Below, in pieces: positions 1 through 13,229 of a stretch of 64,000 bases of DNA (position 1 is the stretch's first letter; each line of letters starts with the position of its first letter). Origin of the DNA: Cenococcum geophilum. Taxonomy: Eukaryota. The stretch spans positions 29,326,001 through 29,390,000 of the forward strand of contig CP158635.1 in the NCBI GenBank assembly GCA_050273025.1. Direction: 5' to 3'. The notes under the pieces are model-generated. The model was not told the origin of the DNA. It saw only the letters and a program-made list of their open reading frames with translations, and did not search any database. Both the position numbers and the translations under genes were made by a program.

Positions 1-138
1 GGCAGAATATAGTAGGACGCGCCCAATATATATATGTGACGCGCGTCGTAAGTAGAAAAAGAACAATCCACTAACAACACCGCATAGTATATATCATTGT
101 GATATATATATTCTGCACATTATTAAAGCATACCAACA
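1..138. mobile_element. Probable end of an LTR inserted into the Gypsy RNase H region
   Basis: Non-coding stretch ending ...taccaaCA, directly followed by Gypsy RNase H codons; the other end is outside the window. Confidence 0.35.
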
Positions 139-1874
139 ATAACTAAGCCCTATTAAATATAATTACGATATTTATAACAAAGAATTACTAGCTATTATTA
201 GATGCTTTAAGCAATAGTAACCTAAACTAGAAGGCACTGGATTTCTAATTAAGGTTCTTAGCGACTATAAGAACGTATAGTACTTCACAACTATAAAATA
301 GCTGAGTTATTACTAGGCCTGCTAGTTAAAATATCTATTACGCTTTCAATTCTTAATTATATACTACTTAGGCATTTAAGGTTAGAAGCCTAATACCTTA
401 ACCTAATGCTTGCAAGATGCGCCAGCCCTAAAAAAAGCGCGCTCTTACCGAAATTATACCCTACTTCGCCCTAAACTATTTAACCTTCCTACTAAAGATA
501 TTACGGTATACATCCTTAAAATAACTAATTAATTAATTAAATAGATTATAGTTAATAAATACCTAGATAACGAGTTTATTTAAGAGGCGCTTAAGCTAAT
601 ATAAAATGGCATTAGACGCTCTAAAAAGATTTCTTTAAGTAAATATAAAGCCCGTAGAAACCGCTTATATTACTAAAACCGCCTAGTTATACCTAATTAT
701 AATAAACTTAAGCTTAAGCTCCTTAAACATATATATAATCTACTAATAGCTAGCCACCTAGGTTAAGGAAAAACCCTAGAACTGCTCTAATAAGAATACT
801 ATTAGCTAAATATATATAATATAATATAAAGGTATATCTCTAGTTATTATATCTGCTAATAAGCTAAAGCTTCGCATAAAACGTATAACGGCCTTTTAAA
901 GCTACTGCCTATCCTAGACCGAAGATAGAAGGATATCTTAATTAACTTTATTATTAACCTCCCCGTAAGTAAGGGCTATATAAATATTATAGTAGTTATA
1001 GACTAACTATCTAAGATAAGACACTTAATTGCCTGCCCTAATATATTAACACCTATTATTGCCTAACTATTCCTAGATTACGTATAGAAACTCTATAAAC
1101 TCCCTAAAACAATTATCTCTAATAAAGGTAGCTAGTTAATTTTTATATTTTAGAAAAAACTAATTACTTAACTCCGTATTAAAGCATTATTATTTATAAT
1201 ATACTACCTAAAAACGGATAGCTAAATAGAACGTGTAAATGCTATAATAAAACAGTATATTTGGATATATACGTCGTACTTATAAGATAACTAGATTAAC
1301 TGGTTTATATTTACCGAGTTTACTATAAATAATTCTATCTTGGAAACTATAAAGGTCTCCCCGTTCCTAGCTAATTATAGCTAATATCTATAAATAGGGT
1401 TTAAACCCTTTAGTAATATTCCTTACCCTACTTATTATACCTTATAAGTTATAAAAGTAAATAAATTTATAAAGAAGATAGAGGAACTATAATAGTTTCT
1501 TACTAATGAAATAATATAGGCTTAATCTGTTTATAAAGCCGTAGTAAATAAGAAATAAACCCTAGCACTAGCTTACTAAATTAGTAACTTTGTCTAGCTA
1601 GATATAAGAAATCTAAACACGAAATAACCTACTAAGAAACTTAATTAGAAAAACGCTGGCCCTTATAAGGTTAAGGAGGTTATCTCCTCTTACGCCTACT
1701 AACTAAAGCTCCCTAATACAGTTAAAATCCACCCTATATTCTACACGTTAGTCCTTTACCCTACTACTCCTATATTAGACGCCCTACCTAAATAGATATA
1801 AGATCCTCCCCTACTAGTTAAAGTAGATAGTAAGAATAAGTACTTTATTAAAAGAATTAATAATATTAAGTATA

Positions 1875-3723
1875 ACGTATTCCACTAGCAAGTGTCGCAA
1901 ACCACCAAGTGTCGCAAAATTTCTTGGCAACTATTACCTATACTATAACGTACAATGCCTTAACAAATATAAGTAGATAAAGCTTAATAAGAAGGTAGAA
2001 TAGAGCTTGCACTTTAAGCCTATAAGGACGGCTAATTTTAAAGCCTGCGACGCGCTGCTAACGCGTATAACGTCTGCTTACGAAAGCTTTAGCGAAGATA
2101 TAACGGAACCCTCGCTCGAGTTGATACCTACCCTAACTGCTAGAAGCTTACCGCGACTAAAGAGCACACGATCGTACGATATATCCTTAACCTTAATTCG
2201 CGAGGATTTGCGCCCCGGCTATATAAGGTGGCAGATATGGCGGATAAACTGTTAGCTGCGCGTAGTGGAAAGCTAGTAGGTAAGAACTAGGCTAAGAGAT
2301 TTGTAACGCGTACGGATAAGCTTAAAATAGCGTTTAATTGGGTAAAGGACCGTTAGAGAATACAGTAGGAGAATCCTAAGGTAATTAACGCGTGGTTTAA
2401 GCTTATTAGGGAGACAAAAGCTAAGTACGGTATCCATAACAAGGACGTATATAACTTTAACAAGACTAGCTTCTAAATGGGTATAATTAGGTCTATAAAA
2501 GTTGTTATAGGCTTAGAGAGACATATAAGGCCTAATCTCGTCCAGCCAGGTGATTAGGAGTGGGTTACCGTTATTTAGAGCATCTGCGCCGTAGGGTACG
2601 CGACCCCGCCCTTTATTATCTATAAAGGGCGCGTCCATATCTCAGCTTAGTATAAGGAGAGAGATATACTATATAATTGGAAGCTTTTAGTCTCTAAAAA
2701 TGGCTGGATAAATAACGCGCTTAGCCTAGAGTGGTTAAAGTACTTTAACGCTCGTATAAAGGCACGTTAGGTAAGGGTATACTAACTACTAATTCTGGAC
2801 GGCTATAAGAGCTACCTTAACCAGAATTTTAAGGACTACTACCTTAAGAATAAGATCCTTGCGCTCTATATACCAGCCTATTTATTATATATCCTCTAGC
2901 TACTTAATATAGTTTACTTTACGTCTTTAAAGCAGAAGTACTCTTAATGTATATAAAACTTAGCGCGCTAGCGCGTCTTCTATATTAACAAAGAAGGCTT
3001 CCTACCAGCCTTTAGAGATGTGTTTTTGGACGTCTTTACGTACGAAAACTGTTAAAAGGCCTTTAGGGCATTAGGGCTAGTCCCTCTAAACGCGCAGGTA
3101 GTGCTTAAACGCCTTAAAGTACGACTGCGTACCCTATTAGGACCCCCCGCACTACAGACGCCGTGGGTATTAAAGACTTTAAGTAATACTCTTAAATTTA
3201 GGTCTTAATTAAAGCTCGTATAAAACTCCTTTGGTTTATTACCTATAATAACTTAGAGCGGGTTTACGTAGCTTATTAAAGGGGCCGAATTAATGCTATA
3301 CTAGAACGCGTTTATAAGCTCCCGGATTACTAAGCTTAAAGAGTAAGTAGAGACGCTAACTAAGCGGAAATCGCGTAAGAGAAAGCGGATCTAATATGGC
3401 GGCACGATAGAGTATGGTAAGGGATTAGCGTAGGTAGCTGCTAAAGCCTCTAGGGCGCCTTAGGGATTAAAGAGGGCTCGTTATAGGGATGGGTAAGAGA
3501 GGGCTTAACTAGGTATACGACGCTATAGGAACTATAGAGAGACTAGGCATAATACCCGAACGTGTAAAAAGGATATAGAAGAGTCTTCTAAATCTAACGC
3601 GAGCATGACGTACCCTAGCTCTTTGTTTGATAGTAATTAATCTAGTATTCTTTAGGATAGGTTAGTCGTGCTAAGAAATTTTGCGACACTTAGTGGTTTG
3701 CGACACTCGCTAGTGGAATACGT
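1875..3723 (+). mobile_element. pogo/Fot1-type DNA transposon (RIP pseudogene transposase ~1955-3640)
   Basis: ~55-bp TIRs acgtattccactagc..., TA duplication at 1873-74 and 3724-25; de-RIPped YNFDETGF, ILDGHESH, LQPLD and a C-terminal CxxC-H-C knuckle. Confidence 0.95.
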
Positions 3724-3895
3724 TAATAAACGGAAACGCTAATATATATCTTACGAAATGGAGAGGCTTTACTAAGCTCTTATGGGAACCTATTAACTTT
3801 ATAGAACTTATATAAGCCGCAAAAGACTTTTACGAACTTTACTTAGAACTACTATAGCCCTATCTTATAGAAGCTTAAGTTTAAATAGGGGGTAC

Positions 3896-4266
3896 TATTA
3901 TAGGATACTCTCGTAACACGCTGTATACGTCTACCTGTTTTTACTAACTTAGTAATTAGAGACTAACCCTAAAATGGCAATTTAACGGCAATCTGATGGC
4001 AATCTAATGGTAAACTATAGCATTCTGCCATATTCTGCCAAGTTCTACTAAATTCTGCTAAGTTCTGCTAGGACCACGACCTAAACCCTATTCTGCCCTA
4101 TGCACGTATTAACTAAGCAACTAAGTCAACAATATATGCCCTTTCTTCCCGTTTTCCTACCTTCTTTCCTTACGCAACGTCTTAATCTTATCACATAGTT
4201 TATGTACATAGCTTAATAATATCTACTTTGCTATATATTATCGTCGCTTATGCTTACTCCGTGACA
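3896..4266 (+). repeat. Gypsy 3' LTR
   Basis: Follows the purine tract; RIPped start tattatagga mirrors the terminal tccgtgaca. Confidence 0.75.
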
Positions 4267-4612
4267 ATAATTGGTTTTATGAAATAATTTAATTAGTATA
4301 TAAGGGGGGATAATTCTACCACTTATTATTTTTAAAGCTACTTATAAGTATACGTATTCCCTTCCCTCGTAATCGGAAGTTGTGGGGAAACTCCACGACC
4401 TACTAGTCCACGTTATTTGTAGCTTGAGTGCTACAGCTAGGCCAGGCCACTAAAGGTAGCTTAATATTAGCCCCTATCGTTAATGCCCCCAACTTTTTAT
4501 TGTGAGGTCAAAAATGTTTGGGGTGAATCACACGATGGCAAAATACTTGCAGTCACACAGAAATGCTGTTGTAATTAAGAAGGCTATAAATCGATCTCCA
4601 CTAGAGACTCGG

Positions 4613-5761
4613 TCACTTGCAACACGAGCAGTCATTGCAGGTTGAAGCCTTAATTGTTGGCGCTGTAGCGCACGTTAAGAGCGCAGTGAAAGCCTGATAC
4701 GTTGTCGTCGGTGGCGCGGCCTTCAGAGTTGTCGCCTTCACCAACACTGGTATCGCAGCGCCAGTACTCAGCCCGAATACTTGATGTCCAAGCACTGCCT
4801 CGGTGTTAGTCAAGCCGCTTTCTATTAACCAATGCACGACGATATCAAGTATTGTTCAAGAAAGTCACTCACCTCTTAAAATACTCGCGATCTCCCCTGA
4901 ATGGCTCGTGATGCTGATGTAAGTGCTTCGATCGCTCCCAAAAACATCATCGAGCACCTTCTTACTTCTGATATCCTGATCAACATTCGTCTCGCCATGC
5001 AGCGCTTCCCACAGGTGATCAAATTCGGCAAAGCCCTTCTCAAAAGTATACGTAGGAAAGGTGCTGTGGATATATGTTTTGTTGCTGCGACGGTCACACG
5101 TATGTCCGCTGATTCCCTCACGGAAATACTCCTTGACTTCTGGAATGAAGGGATGCTCCTGCGGCAGGTTTAATCCGCCGAATGTCAAATTCGCGGTGGC
5201 AAGACACCGCGTCAAAGGCGAAGTGTAGTACGATTCCGGTGTGGGAATCTTTTGATTCACGATCAAAGTCGCCCAGAACGCATTGACCGCAAGCGCTTGG
5301 CTGATGCCATTCGCTGTTAGATGCGCGTCGGCCCATACTACAGTGCCATTCCCATCCTTTTCCGACCAGTAGCAGTTCCATGCCGGCGTGCCGTAGTAAC
5401 TTTCGGCGGCGTTATGCCAACCCTCGCCATGGCGACCCATGTAAAAGAGCTTGTACTCGACGTTTTTGGGTGCTTCGCGATTGAGAGACGCAACGTAGTG
5501 CGCGAAACGCTCCCATTGGGTCGCTTGACGGCCTCCCTTGCAAGTGTCGTCAGTTGGATAGGTGCGATTGATGAGACCGAAATTCGTTGTCATAAAGTTG
5601 AAGGTGCTGACATTTGTCGAGGGGTCATCCTGGAGGAACAGACCGGGGACTACAGTGTAGTTGAGGTAGCCGTTGCCGTAGTTGTAAACATTATCATGTG
5701 CAGCTATAGAGACAACCAGGCCCAGAACTGCGAAGCAGATTGTAACAAATGGAACAAGCAT
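4613..5761 (-). CDS. Secreted histidine phosphatase / phosphoglycerate mutase family protein (PMU1-like), 356 aa; exons 5761-4873 and 4794-4613
   Basis: Signal peptide-like MLVPFVTICFAVLGLVVSIAA, RHG motif YMGRHGEGWHN, SPLTRC, HTCDRR, SHSG; 78-nt intron with GTGAGT donor, CTAAC branch site and CAG acceptor. Confidence 0.9.
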
Positions 5762-6221
5762 GATTAATGATTCCGAGAACCGGGGATGAGGGGAAGATAA
5801 ACAGAGATGAGTGGGAGAGAAGGGGGGAAAGAGGTTCACCTATACCGCCCTGAACTATTTATGCAGTAACCCTTCCCCCTCGAATATATAATGTATACGA
5901 ACGTGGTGATGCTCCGATGCCCTCTCGTGATGTCTTCCTTCGAATGCAAGTGTTCGCCAATGGCTAGGGAACGTGGGACGGGCTGATCTTTCCCCGGCAA
6001 GTTAGCCCCTACATCCCCTGTCCTTGCAGCGCAATAAACCTGCAGCCTCGGGATCTACGGGGCCTTCCTCATTCATCTTCAATCGAGCGTTGTTGATGGT
6101 TCCTTGATGTATCACGACTCGCATGCAAGAGAAAGTTGAGAGGAAGGAAAGAGATGATATTTGCAGAATATACACCACCTTGGCGCATCCGGTTGAAAGC
6201 GCTTGGAGCGCTGTGAGATTT

Positions 6222-6604
6222 CAAATTCGGTACGCACATCCAATCTCGCTTGATTGCTATAGTAATTGTGGCGAACGGCTGTGGCTACATGCAAGGACCT
6301 TTTTGGTTGCCTGGAGAATCGCCTTGGTTGGCTAGGAGAATTAAATTGAAGATGTACGCTTCTTTTCCCCCTTAACCACGCCTCCGTTGTGGCCGCCAAA
6401 ACGCGAATATAACGCTGTCTCCGCAGAGAGGTCGATGAAATTTGGCAACACCGTACGGGTGGGAACCTCACAACAACACTGTAGAGGAAGGCAAGTCCGC
6501 CAGAAGCAGGGTTCTTGCAGCCAAGCATACGGCTTCACTACAATTACTATGTACAGTTAGTGGCAGTCAAGCAAGATTGGATGCGCGTGCCGAATTTAAA
6601 ATCG
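6222..6604. mobile_element. Degenerate MITE-like inverted-repeat relic related to the neighbouring Tc1 TIR
   Basis: ~6222-6300 is an imperfect reverse complement of ~6510-6604; 6510-6575 resembles the subterminal sequence at 12300-12365. Confidence 0.5.
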
Positions 6605-7499
6605 GGGGGTACAGTGATGTTTACGACCAGCTTCCACCCCCCCCAGGCAAGCTCAGATTTTTTTTACGCCATTTAATTTCGCTTAATTGCCACTAACTGT
6701 ATATAGTAATCATAGCGAAGCCGTATAGCTAAACGTAAGGATCCTTCTGGTTGCGAGGGGCAATTAAATTAAAGCTATTTAGTACTTACCTTACTTACCA
6801 GAGTCTCAATATCAATTCAAAATCGTGTTATTTAATTGTTAATCTACCTTTAATATAAATCCTTCTACGAAACGTATAGCGGCTTAATTAACGGGCGTGT
6901 CTCCTCCCTCTTAATAAACTCGACGGATTGTCCTTCCTTCCTCCTTATTATATACGCCTGCATCTACCCCTATATCTTTAAGGAGCTTCCACCGGGGTAC
7001 CCTATAATAGTTGCTAAGATATAAATATAACACCGTTCAACCGGGCTTTACATTAAAGGAGCTTTAAGAAATGGAAAACGATCTAAAAGCTGTAGATAAG
7101 GACGATAAGGATAATATAGGGGCGTAGCGTAACTACTTGCAGAGTTAGCAGGCTTCTTAAAGTTAACTCGGCCAATTAACTTAATTAACGCCGTATAAGT
7201 TACCGTATTTAACACAGAATCTTACCTACCTACCATTAAATATATTACCACCGCGATATTAAGCTACAGCCTCTTAAATTGCTAGTTAAGCTCCTTAAGC
7301 TCCTATAGTTATTTGGGCTGCTCTATTAGACGTAGATAAGGATAAAGAAGATAACATGCGGATCGTTGGTACCCCCCAACGAAAATTTTGACCCGACTTT
7401 ATGATTAATAAGCCGATTAATTAACCCAAAGCTTTAATTTAGAGCCCCATTGTATAGAGCTTAATTAACATATACTAGTAGGTATGAATTTGTTTCGTA

Positions 7500-7622
7500 A
7501 ATTCTATACCTCCGTCGTGCTTTGTAGTAGGGGGTAAGCTTTAGGCAGAGCCTTGTGCAGAGCTTTAATAGAGCCTTACGTAGAGCTTTGGTAGAGCCTC
7601 GTGCAGAGCTTTGGTAGAGCTA

Positions 7623-7654
<32 letters not shown>

Positions 7655-9570
7655 CGTTTGTTCTGGCGATTAATTGCAGAGACATTTATAGAGACGATTG
7701 TATATCTAATTGTATGGGCGTTTAATCGATCGTTCGTACGGGCGTTTGTGTAGGCAATTAATTGACTAATCAATTATATGGATGTTTGTAGAGTTGTTTA
7801 TAGAGACGTTTATACGGGCGTTTAGTTAGTTAGTTAATTGATTGTATTGGTGTTTATATAGGTAATTAATCAATTAATTGACTAATTATATGGGCGTTTA
7901 TACGGGCGATCGTGCAGACGTTCGTAGAGCCGTTTATAGAGCCGTTTGTATAGATGATTATAGAGCCTTCCTAGTATATTAGTGCTGTATGTTAGTAGAG
8001 TTTTAAGCTCAAGGGGGAGAACCCCCTTGGACCCCCCTCCCCCCTTACGCACTGCGTGCTCTATTTACCGCGTAGGCAGAGCTCTTACAGAGGCTTTAGT
8101 AGAGCGTTTGGTAGAGCTTTTGCAGAGCTTCGTATAGATCTTTGGTGGAGCTTCGTGTAGAGCTTTGGTGGAGCTTCGTGTAGAGCTTCGGTAGAGCTTT
8201 GTCCAGAGCTTTAGTAGAGCTTTATGCAAAGCTTCGGTAGAGCTTCGTGCAGAGCCTTATGCAGAGCCACATGCAGGCGTTCGCATAGGCGATTAACTGC
8301 GGAGACGTTTGTAGGGACGATTGTATAGGCAATTGCATGGACGTTTAATTAATTGATTGATTGTATGGGCGTTCGTACAGGCGATTATGTAGACGTTCGT
8401 AGAGCCGTTTGTAGAGCCGCTTATGTAGACGATTATAGAGCCTTCCTAGTATATCAGTGCTGCGTGTTAGTAGAGCTTTAGAGCTCTGTATTAAGCTTCG
8501 AGTAGAGCTTCGAGTAGAGCTTTAAGCTCAAGGGGGAGACCCCCTTGGACCCCCCCTGCGCACTGCGTGCTAAGCGTTTGGTAGAGCTTTTGCAGAGCTT
8601 CGTGTAGAGCTTTATGTAAAGCTTCGTATAGATCTTCTATAGAGCTATATGTAGGCGTGTAGACGTTTGTACGGGCGATGAATTGTAGAGACGTTTATAG
8701 AGACGATCGTATAGGCAATTGTATAGACGTTTAATTGATCGTTCGTATGGGCGTTTGTACGGGCGTTTGTACGGGCGATTGTGTAGACGTTTATAGAGCC
8801 GTTCGTAGAGCCGTTCGTAGAGACGATTGTACGGCGATTGGTCGTATTGGCGGTTATACGGCCGATTGCAGAACCTTCCTAATATATTAGTGCTGCGAGT
8901 TAGTAGAGCTTTAGAGCTCTGTATAGGGCTTTGAGCAAAGCTTCGAGCAGAGCTTTGAGTAGAGCTTTAAGGGGGAGACCCCCTTAGACCCCCCTGCGCA
9001 CTACGTGCTCTATTTACTGCGTGGGCAGAGCTCTTACAGAGGCTTTGGTAGAGACTTTAGTAGAGCTTTTACAGAGCTTTGTGTAGAGCTTTATGTAGAG
9101 CTTCTATAGAGCCACGTATAGGCGTGTAGGGTGCAAACGCTCGTACGGGTGATCAATTGTAGAAACGTTTGTAGAGACGATCACATGGGCAGTTGTATGG
9201 ACGTTCGTACGGGCGATCGTGTAGACGTTTGTAGAGCCGTTCGTAAAGCCGTTCGTGGAGTCGTTTGTGGAGCCGTTCGTGGAGCCGTTCGTAGAGATGA
9301 TTATACGGCGATTGACCGTATGGGCGGTTATACGGCCGATTGCAGAACCTTCCTGGTATATTAGTGCTGTGTGTTAGTAGAGCTTTGGAGCTCCGTGTAG
9401 GGTTTTAAGTAAAGCTTTAAGCAGAGCTTTGAGCAGAGCTTTAAGGGGGACCCTCTTAGACCCCACTGCGCACTGTGTGCTCTAGCCAGTACACTGGGTG
9501 GGCAGAGGTGCTGCAAAGCCTTTGGTAGAGCTTTTGGTAGAGCTTTTGCAGAGCTTTAGTAGAACTTAAG
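7500..9570. repeat. Higher-order tandem array: ~440-520-bp units built from 12-bp gcagagcttcgt-type and ggcgtttgtaca-type subrepeats
   Basis: Hairpin block aagggggagacccccttggacccccc recurs at ~8011, 8530, 8969 and 9443; block ccttcctagtatattagtgctg recurs at ~7966, 8441, 8874 and 9348. Confidence 0.9.
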
Positions 9571-9759
9571 GTTTTAAAGTTCGTCACGTGGATTCTGCCA
9601 TAACTTACCGCGCGCAAGTTTTTTTTAACCAATCAAAGGCTGGCTTGGCGAGGGTTTGAAAATTTGGACACCTATACACCTGAAAGTAATAGACCACTCA
9701 TACCTTGGGTTAATAACTCCGCTACCTTACCTGTGTAAAGAGAGTAAGATTAATAATAT

Positions 9760-10960
9760 AGGAAGAGCTAGTGGCGGTGTTTTTATTACTTATAATTGTA
9801 ACGTAGTAATTTAATATTTAAAGGAGCTAGCGTTTACTAAAACTCTTATTAGTGCAAGCCTTTAATTCTATAATCTTTAGCGACTTTAAGTTCACCCTAT
9901 ATATATAAGAGAGCTACGTCGTTAAGAGCAAGGTATTTATATTAAGATTTAACTAATTAAGGCAAAGCTAAATACCTAGTAGATAGGCGTTTTAAATATT
10001 AAGTTTAATATAGATTCTAAAGTTGTAGATTAGTAGTAAAAGGTTAATACGCAACTTATTACGTGGGCTCTCTATACTAATAAACGTGGCGTAATTAAGG
10101 CTCTTACTGTTAACCTCTTAATTGTATATATTCTAGATGGAAATTAACCAGCCACCTTTTATTCTAAAGGTAGTTCTCACCCGTTAATAATTAATTAACT
10201 CTATAGTGAACTTCTAACGCTTTCGCAGAGCTCTGAGCTTAGTATAACGCCTAGTAATATAAATTTAATAAGCTTGTGGATTAATCTTATAAGATATTGG
10301 CGTTATAAAAAGAACTACCTAAACGCCAGTTAGTGTTATGTACTTAATTAGGTAGATATTAAATTAATAAATAAGGACTTACGGGAGTAGGTAACTGGTA
10401 TTAAGCGAGGCATTGCAGATATTAAGAATCCACCTTATAGACTCGCCATTTGGCTTGCTAAGCGAGCGGTAACAGAAGTAAGAAGTAGTAAAAGAGTACG
10501 CTAATCTGCCTTAGGTAAGAGCTCTATAGTTAATACTCTAGGCGTAGTTAATTACTTCTACGTTAGCTCTGTAGGCTTAATATCGGGTTAGTAAACTACT
10601 CCTATACTAGTAAGTTGACAGCCCTTATTATTCTTACCTATATTGCTAATATACTACCTATAGGGTGTTAACCGCGTAAAGGGTTTGGAGGAGTTTTTTA
10701 AGTATTAAAAGAAGAGTGTAGCTAGTGATCTTAATTAGGAGGCTAATATTAAAGCTGCATATAAAGTTATACGCGATTTAAGGTAGGATTTAGAGCTTTT
10801 ATATAACAAATCTAATAAAGTAGATCCTGTTAAGGAACTTATTATAGCCGGTATTAAATCAGGTGTCGTAAGACGCCTATAGAAGGATTTAAAGAAGTAG
10901 GTAAATAAGCGCCATGCTTAGCTTAAGGGAAGGTTTAAAGACATAGAGAACTTTAGTTAG
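9760..10960 (+). pseudogene. RIP-degraded cargo ORF of unknown function inside the Tc1 element
   Basis: De-RIPped frame reads protein-like (..CYVL..IKL..DLREW..GIKRGIADI.NPP..; ..GIKSGVVRRLWKDLKKW..); boundaries approximate. Confidence 0.45.
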
Positions 10961-11164
10961 TAGATATTAAGTGTAAGGCTCTATAGGCTTTAACTATAGA
11001 GTTATAGGATAGATTTTAATAGTAATTCTTATATAAATTGTATACTCTAGGTAAGAGAACAAAGCCTGCGCTTCCTCTATATATATTTACAAAATATCGC
11101 GTATATTAAGAACACTACTAAGGCTTAATCTTAAACCTTAATCTTGACTCTTATATTAATTTCT

Positions 11165-12197
11165 TAATTATACCCGCTATGGCGGAAATGTCTTCTTGCG
11201 CTCTTAGCTTTGCTACCTACTTTATCTATATACTAAAGAAGGAACGATTTAAAGCTATTACTAAAGGTTTTTAGATGCTCTAGCCAATCGAACTATACCT
11301 ACTAGATAAAGGCTTTTAGCTTACCGAAAAACTCCTTAATTAGATTTAAGTTGGGTAAGTAGGGAGGTAAATATACTAGCTTAACGCCAAAGGCGTTAAA
11401 GAAAGACTTTATCCTTTCTAAATAATGGAAGCTGGCGTTATCTATAACTACTATAGATCGCTTAGTAGGAAAGCGATTATACCGTGGTAGAAGAGTATTT
11501 GCCACCCAGAACTTAAAGCCTTCGCTATTTATTAAGCCTTTATATACTAAAGCTACGAGCACGCCGTTAATTGTATACGTAGGTAATATATTAAGCCTCC
11601 TCTTAGCCTAATTATATAACGTATATAAAACCAGTGTAATACTAAAGGGAGCCTAACCAGTCTTCCGTATACCTATCTTTAAATTTACACCTAACTTATT
11701 TACGAATACAAGCTAATTAGCGGTATACTATAATATAATGGCGAAATATATGTCGCGATCGTAAGCGCTTTATTTAAGGGCTACCTGGGAACACTTCTTT
11801 GTGTAAGCTACTCTTTAAGCTCTATCTATAGAGGATCTAATTAGCTTACCTGCTTCCTTATCTAGCCAGCTAAGTAGAGCTCTTAAAATATTATATAGCG
11901 GCTAACTACGAGATTAAACGTGTCGTAGATTAACTACTACATCTTATCGCCAAAGAGAGTTGGCTTCTTATCTAGCCGTATTAATATTACCACGAGCATC
12001 TGATTGCTTAGTAAAAACTGCCCCCCCTTACTGTTTAAAGGCGCCTGAGTTGATCTAAATATACGCAAGTTCCTCTTAATTGCGGTGATTAATTAGGGTA
12101 TACAACTAGCAGCTAAGGCACACTCTGCTTAAGCTGCTCTAAGTTAAAGAAGATCCTTAATTAGGGCGTGCTAATATAGGCCCATTCGCGGAGCTAT
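11165..12197 (-). pseudogene. Tc1/IS630-type DDE transposase (RIP)
   Basis: De-RIPped LVFVDESG, VVIDNASF and LPPYxPxLNxIxEFF motifs; start MAPR. Confidence 0.9.
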
Positions 12198-13229
12198 ATT
12201 ACGAATATAGTACGGGTAGAAATCTCACAATATTTGATAAAGATCATAATACTATGGAGGGAAGCTGATTACGAATAGCTTCAAGTTTGCCAGGATTAGG
12301 GGGTTCTTACAGCCAAGCATACGGCTTCGCTACGATTACTATGTACAGTTGGTGGCAATCAAGCGAAATTAAATGGCGTAAAAAAAATCTGAGCTCGCCT
12401 AGGGGGGTGGAAGCTGGTCGTAAACATCACTGTAATCCGAATGCTTCTTCGACGTATTTGAGGACGCTGAGACCACCGAGAGGTCTAGGCTTGTAGAAGT
12501 CCGGACGAGTAGAGTTTGGAGAGATTTTATACCTTTGGATGTGTACTCTAAAATAAATTGCATCCTAATAAAACCTGTTTCATGGGAGCAGTTGACAAAC
12601 TATGCTACAAAGCGCTGTGGGAGAAATCGAAACATTAATGGATCGAGGAGAGTAGGTTTTTAAGAATGTAGAAAGTGATTGAAGATATGGCCAACTAAAA
12701 CTACATAATATAAAAGGGAGTATTTTGAGAAAAAAGATGAAGGAAGTGTACGGTAATACCCAACCTTGGGAAAGAAAATAGAGAAATAACGAAAATGGTG
12801 AGTGTCATGTTCATTACGCCTTGGTAGCTTTAGAAGCATTTAATTACTTAAAGGCCATTTTATTAGCCTCTGAACGTCTGAGGAAGGCAACTATGTTCTT
12901 CTTATAATTAAACATACTTACATGCTTATGCAGGTTAGCTTTTATTTGGAAGGGCTTGCTTCATCAGCTAGGTAAGGGACTTGTGGAATAACATTGTGAA
13001 GCGAACGCCTACTTTAAGCCACTTCTACCACTCACCATTATCACTCCAAAGGCGGTATATCCGCGGTAGCAATTGCCCGGCTCTCAAAGCACCCTATTGA
13101 CTCGAAGTGAGCGAATTCCTACATTAACTAACACGTATTACTCGCAAGTACCTCAAGAAACCCCTTCGCCCCTGGTACTGCAACCACATTATCCTCCTCG
13201 AACCATCTCCAGCGCCATACAAACATAGA

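Larger units (their letters stand above)
139..4266 (+). mobile_element. RIP-degraded Ty3/Gypsy chromovirus, 3' part (RNase H, integrase, chromodomain, 3' LTR)
   Basis: De-RIPped NYDIYDKELLAI (~161-200), integrase GHPG and LLKPLPIP-like motifs, chromodomain split by pogo, purine tract aggggg at ~3887-3892, LTR 3896-4266 ending tccgtgaCA. Confidence 0.9.
6612..12432 (-). mobile_element. Composite 5.8-kb Tc1/mariner element with ~120-bp TIRs
   Basis: TIR cagtgatgtttacgaccagcttccacccccc at both ends, TA at 6610-11 and 12433-34; contains a transposase remnant, a cargo ORF remnant and a satellite array. Confidence 0.93.

Noticed and set aside
4876..5767. Several ORFs overlapping the phosphatase gene
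   Set aside because: Shadow frames of a well-supported CDS.
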